The position numbers and the translations under genes were made by a program. Shown here piece after piece: positions 33,048-36,771 of a stretch of DNA of 36,771 nt (position 1 is the stretch's first letter; every line of letters starts with the position of its first letter). Where the stretch lies: positions 1 to 36,771 of the forward strand of contig CALDGN010000315.1 in the NCBI GenBank assembly GCA_937942965.1. The letters run 5' to 3'. Origin of the DNA: an uncultured Acidimicrobiales bacterium. Lineage in GTDB: Bacteria; Actinomycetota; Acidimicrobiia; Acidimicrobiales; UBA10347. The notes under the pieces were generated by a model that did not search any database, was not told the DNA's origin, and saw only the letters and a program-made list of their open reading frames with translations.

Positions 33048-33814
33048 CGATCGAGCGACGCTCCGTCGGGGTCATTTGGGTCGACGGTTTCGTTCGGAAA
33101 TTCGAAGTCTGGCAGTGACTCGACGGCCGAGGTGAGTGCTTGGCTCCAGCCCCGCGAAATGGACTGGAAGTAGGGGTCGTCCTGTTCGATGCGCATGGAC
33201 CGAGGAGCCTTGAGTGAGTCCTTCTCGTACACGTTGACATCGAGGGGCATACCGACCGACAGGTTTGCTCGCATCGTCGAGTCGAAGGACACGAGTAGAA
33301 GCTTGATCGCTGCCTCGAACGACAGCGATGGGTCGAATGCTCGAACGAGGATCGGTTTGCCGTATTTGGCTTCGCCGATCTGCAAGAACGGTGTGTCAGC
33401 GCCGGCCTCGATGAAGTTGCCTTCGGGATAGATGAGGAACAGCCGAGGCGGCATCTCGCCGATCTGTCCGCCGAGAATGAGCGTGGCCTCGAACGCTGAG
33501 GCTTGTTCCCCGTGGTTGGCCACCGCGCCCTTCAGCGTCTGGCCAACGAGCTGTGCGACCTGAAACATCGTCGGTGCTTCGAGGATCGACGGGCTGCGGT
33601 CAGCAAGGCGTTGGGTGCGATCGTCGAGCAGCCCGACAGCGATCTGCGTGGTTGCGAGGTTGCCAGCGCTCAGCAGCGTGATGCTGCGATCACCCGGCTT
33701 CGTCCAGGTGTGCATCTTGCGGTAGCGAGAAATGTTGTCGATACCTGAATTGGTCCGTGTGTCAGAGATGAAGACAAGGCCACGGTCCATCAGTAAGCCA
33801 ACGCAGTAGGTCAC
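33044..33814 (-). CDS. Anbu (ancestral beta-subunit) proteasome-like Ntn-hydrolase peptidase
   Basis: GTG start, then TYCVGLL..GLVF.SDTRTN.G.D.IS..RKMH. The Thr directly after the initiator and the Asp and Lys at the proteasome-beta-equivalent positions are present. The gene is last in the ATP-grasp / alpha-E / transglutaminase operon. Confidence 0.87.
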   Translation of the reverse strand: MTYCVGLLMDRGLVFISDTRTNSGIDNISRYRKMHTWTKPGDRSITLLSAGNLATTQIAVGLLDDRTQRLADRSPSILEAPTMFQVAQLVGQTLKGAVANHGEQASAFEATLILGGQIGEMPPRLFLIYPEGNFIEAGADTPFLQIGEAKYGKPILVRAFDPSLSFEAAIKLLLVSFDSTMRANLSVGMPLDVNVYEKDSLKAPRSMRIEQDDPYFQSISRGWSQALTSAVESLPDFEFPNETVDPNDPDGASLDR

Positions 33815-33853
33815 GGCAGCGAACGATACTCAGCTCGCTGCACTGCGGTGTGA

Positions 33854-34678
33854 TCACTGCTGGACTTGGAGCGAGACGCTCAGATGCTCGGCTCCGTCAC
33901 CGACACGCACGCCACGGATCGGCGCTGCATCTCGATAGTCAAGACCGGTTGCGATGCGGACATAGCGCTCGTCAGGAGAGATTCCGTTCGAGATGTCGAA
34001 CCCGACCCAGCCCAGGCCTTCGACCCAGGTTTCGGCCCACGCATGGGTTGCGTCCTGTGAAATGCGGTCGTCCATCATCAGGTAGCCGCTGACGTAGCGA
34101 GCGGGTGCGTCGAGGACTCTGCACGCAGTCACGAAGATCTGTGCATGGTCTTGGCAGACGCCTGCGCCACGGGCCAGCGCTTCTTCGACCGCGATGCCCG
34201 ACGTGGTGGCCCCGACCTCGTAGGCGACGACGTCTCGAATCCGGGCTGAGAGGGCATGCAGATTCTCGATCGAGAGTGCTTCGTCGACGAACGGAGCAAC
34301 GAGTGCCTGAACCTGGTCTCCCGGATCGGTGAGTGCGGTCTCGCGTCGGTAGAGCCACAGCGGCGCCAGGCCTTGATGTTGCGCGACCACGCCGATCGTT
34401 CCATGGGTCTCGACTTCGCCAACCGCAGTGACGGCCACATGTGTCGCACCGGGATCGACCCGAAACAGCTCGACATGGTTCTGATGTTCGTCGGTGTAGG
34501 ACAGTTCGGCGGCTCCGCCGCTCATCTCGGTCGTCCAGCCGAACACAGTCTGGCCAGGGGTCGTTGGCGGTGTGAGCCGCACTTGCTGGAGCGCGGACAC
34601 GACAGGCGAGTCGTAGGTGTAGTGGGTCACGTGTTCGATCCTGAGTCTCACGTGCACACCGCTTCGAACCGGGAACAT
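33854..34678 (-). CDS. Transglutaminase-like cysteine protease-fold protein (Bact_transglu_N + transglutaminase core)
   Basis: N-terminal RLRIEHVTHYTY...V..L.L.P. Catalytic triad context GAGVCQDHAQIF, THAWAE, GFDISNG. Alternative GTG starts at 34657 and 34651. Confidence 0.87.
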   Translation of the reverse strand: MFPVRSGVHVRLRIEHVTHYTYDSPVVSALQQVRLTPPTTPGQTVFGWTTEMSGGAAELSYTDEHQNHVELFRVDPGATHVAVTAVGEVETHGTIGVVAQHQGLAPLWLYRRETALTDPGDQVQALVAPFVDEALSIENLHALSARIRDVVAYEVGATTSGIAVEEALARGAGVCQDHAQIFVTACRVLDAPARYVSGYLMMDDRISQDATHAWAETWVEGLGWVGFDISNGISPDERYVRIATGLDYRDAAPIRGVRVGDGAEHLSVSLQVQQ

Positions 34679-34687
34679 TGCGACGAG

Positions 34688-35629
34688 TTAGACATCGAAG
34701 TGGTAGTCCTGCTGGATCTGCGTGGCGATGCCGTTTGCGTCAATGATGGCTTGCTGCAAGAACTCGTGGAGCCCAGCGTCGAAGACATGTTCGATGGTCG
34801 TCGACTCGAAGCGCTCGACCATCTCGTCGGCCAGCTCTGCCGAGCGTGTGGCGAACTGATACTCACGATTGAGATGGTCGACGTTCGCGGCGATCTTGCC
34901 GATGCAGAAGCGCAGCGATCGGGGCATCTGATCGTCGAAGAGCACGAAGTCGGCAATCCCTGCTGGGTTGATCTCACCGTCGGCGTGGGAGCGATAGGCC
35001 CGCCGAGCCGACACGGCTCGCAAGATGGTTTCCCACTGCACCGTGTCGAGGCGAGACCCGACCTGGCTGACGGATGGCAGGAGCAGGTAGTACTTGACGT
35101 CGAGGATCCGGGCCGTGTTATCCGCCCGTTCGATAAGCGTGCCGAGTCGAGCGAAGTTGAAGCTGTCGTTGCGGGTCATCGTGCCGTGCATCGCTCCTCG
35201 GACATAGGCGCTCTCGCGCTTGATTGCCCGAAGCGCATTCGGCAAGTCGGTTGGATCAATGGGCGCCTTGAGCAGATCCGTGAGGGTCATCCAGCACTCG
35301 TTGGTGGCTTCCCACGTCTCTCTTGTCAGAGCAGTGCGAATACCGCGGGCGTTTTCTCTGGCCACGTTGACGCAGGAACGGACACTCAGCGGGTTCGACT
35401 CTTCGCGAAGCAGAAAGTCGATGACAGCTTCGCTAGAGAACTGCTCGTGGAGGCCGAGAAAGTTCTGAGTCGAGCTGGCCGTGCTGACAACGGACTTCCA
35501 CTCTTGAGTCGCGCCCTCGGACCTCGTCAAGGCGATGTGGAGGCCGGCTTCGACGAGTCGGGCAGTGTTTTCGGTGCGTTCGAGGTTCCGAAACATCCAG
35601 AACAGTCGGCGGGCGGTCGTTCCCAGCAT
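34688..35629 (-). CDS. Alpha-E domain protein
   Basis: MLGTTARRLFWMFRNLERTENTARLVE matches the characteristic alpha-E N-terminus. ATG 35629 overlaps the stop of the upstream ATP-grasp gene (TGATG at 35627-35631). Confidence 0.87.
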   Translation of the reverse strand: MLGTTARRLFWMFRNLERTENTARLVEAGLHIALTRSEGATQEWKSVVSTASSTQNFLGLHEQFSSEAVIDFLLREESNPLSVRSCVNVARENARGIRTALTRETWEATNECWMTLTDLLKAPIDPTDLPNALRAIKRESAYVRGAMHGTMTRNDSFNFARLGTLIERADNTARILDVKYYLLLPSVSQVGSRLDTVQWETILRAVSARRAYRSHADGEINPAGIADFVLFDDQMPRSLRFCIGKIAANVDHLNREYQFATRSAELADEMVERFESTTIEHVFDAGLHEFLQQAIIDANGIATQIQQDYHFDV

Positions 35630-36771
35630 CAGGCTTGAAGAACCCATGTGTCTTTGGTGCCGCCGCCCTGGCTCGAGTTCACGACGAGGGATCCTTCTTC
35701 AAGGGCAACTCGAGTGAGGCCACCGGGGGTGATGCGTATGTTGTCGGGCGACACCAGCACGAACGGGCGCAAGTCGACATGGCGAGGAGCGAGACCGGCC
35801 TCGGTCAAGATCGGCACGGTGGAGAGCGCCAGCGTGGGTTGGGCGATGTAGCAGTCGGGGTTGGCCCGAAGCTTGGCCTCGAAATCGGTCAGCTCAGCTT
35901 TGCTGGCTGCGGGCCCGACGAGCATGCCGTAGCCGCCTGACCCGTGCACCTCTTTCACCACGAGCTCACTGAGGTGGTCGAGCACGTAGGCGAGAGCGTC
36001 AGGTTCGACGCAGCGCCAGGTCGGAACGTTCTTCAGGATGGCCGGCTCGCCCATGTAGAAGTCGATGATTTCTGGCATGTATGAGTAGATCGCCTTGTCA
36101 TCGGACACACCAGTGCCAGGCGCATTCGCGATGGTCACGTTGCCAGCCCGGTACACGTCCATGATTCCGGGAACGCCGAGCATTGACGATGGGTCGAACG
36201 TGAGGGGATCCAAGTAGGCGTCGTCGATGCGCCGGTAGAGAACGTCGACGACTTCACGTCCGCGTGTGGTCCGCATCGTGACGTGACCGTCCACCACCTG
36301 GAGATCCTGACCTGACACGAGTTCTACGCCCATCTCATCGGCGAGGAACGAGTGCTCGAAGAACGCAGAGTTGTAGGCGCCGGGAGTCAGCACCGCGATC
36401 GTCGGGTTGCCGTCACAGGAAGCCGGCGTACATGCCGCCAACGATCGTCGAAGGTGGCGGGGATAGTCGTTGATGGTGCGAACCTGTGTCCGCGAGAACA
36501 GCTCGGGGAACATGTGGAGCATCGTCTCGCGGTTCTCAAGCATGTAGCTCACGCCTGACGGTGTGCGAGCGTTGTCCTCGAGCACGTAGAACTCGTCTTC
36601 GCCCGTGCGAACGAGGTCGATGCCCACGATGTGGGTGTAGACGCCACCGGGCGGTTCGACACCGATCATGTGCTGGAGGAACGCCTCGTTGCGCAGGATC
36701 AGCTCGACCGGCAAGCGCCCCGCACGGATGATCTCTTGTCGGTGGTACAGGTCGTGCAGGAACGCGTTGAT
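35629..36771 (-). CDS. Circularly permuted ATP-grasp (type 2) amidoligase, 5'-truncated by the window edge
   Basis: The reading frame stays open to nt 36771 (INAFLHDLYHRQEIIRAGRLPVELILRNEAFL...). The rest (YVLEDNARTPSGVSYMLENR, GSGGYGMLVGP...) fits the family that precedes alpha-E genes. Confidence 0.87.
   Translation of the reverse strand: MNAFLHDLYHRQEIIRAGRLPVELILRNEAFLQHMIGVEPPGGVYTHIVGIDLVRTGEDEFYVLEDNARTPSGVSYMLENRETMLHMFPELFSRTQVRTINDYPRHLRRSLAACTPASCDGNPTIAVLTPGAYNSAFFEHSFLADEMGVELVSGQDLQVVDGHVTMRTTRGREVVDVLYRRIDDAYLDPLTFDPSSMLGVPGIMDVYRAGNVTIANAPGTGVSDDKAIYSYMPEIIDFYMGEPAILKNVPTWRCVEPDALAYVLDHLSELVVKEVHGSGGYGMLVGPAASKAELTDFEAKLRANPDCYIAQPTLALSTVPILTEAGLAPRHVDLRPFVLVSPDNIRITPGGLTRVALEEGSLVVNSSQGGGTKDTWVLQA

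Noticed and set aside
34256-35638. 460-aa plus-strand ORF across the transglutaminase-like and alpha-E genes
   Set aside because: It is antisense to two genes with strong family signatures and it crosses their intergenic gap. It has no recognisable motifs.
1-36771. Search for mobile elements, prophage genes, toxin-antitoxin pairs, CRISPR-Cas or a known anti-phage defence cassette
   Set aside because: No transposase, integrase or recombinase signatures, no terminal inverted repeats and no repeat-spacer arrays were seen. No typical defence domains were seen either, beyond a solitary Cas4-like nuclease fold. The window reads as core chromosome.

Overview
GC-rich, gene-dense chromosomal window. 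Gene content and synteny (galU-moeA, fmdB/ruc-like plus SAF-like gene, many apparently leaderless starts) look like Actinomycetota, possibly an Acidimicrobiia-type genome; that assignment is inference. I support about 37 protein-coding genes. I found no rRNA, tRNA, CRISPR array, transposase/integrase or recognisable phage-defence cassette. Most genes are housekeeping: pyrE, map, mutM, a topo IV-like parC/parE pair, moeA, galU, plsY, tldD/pmbA and dxs, plus exported lipoproteins and a CAP-domain protein. Items worth a second look: (1) a complete-looking Anbu cassette at the right edge (circularly permuted ATP-grasp, alpha-E, transglutaminase-like protein, proteasome-beta-like Anbu peptidase), a system known from comparative genomics and structures whose physiological role is unresolved. 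(2) A perfect CRP-type palindrome between two convergent genes. It sits at -41.5 relative to a predicted minus-strand extended -10 promoter, which is followed by a strong intrinsic terminator, giving a candidate ~105-nt unannotated sRNA. (3) A co-directional lipid-type module: FlK-like hot-dog thioesterase, MprF-flippase-like membrane protein, Aur1/PAP2-like phosphotransferase, then dxs. (4) An SDR-fold protein in which all three hallmark motifs are degenerate. (5) Recurrent TAnnnT-N6/7-start-codon geometry, implying leaderless mRNAs, including two opposed -10 boxes sharing two bases within a 23-bp divergent spacer. All calls rest on reading the sequence and ORF translations by eye; no database search was run.
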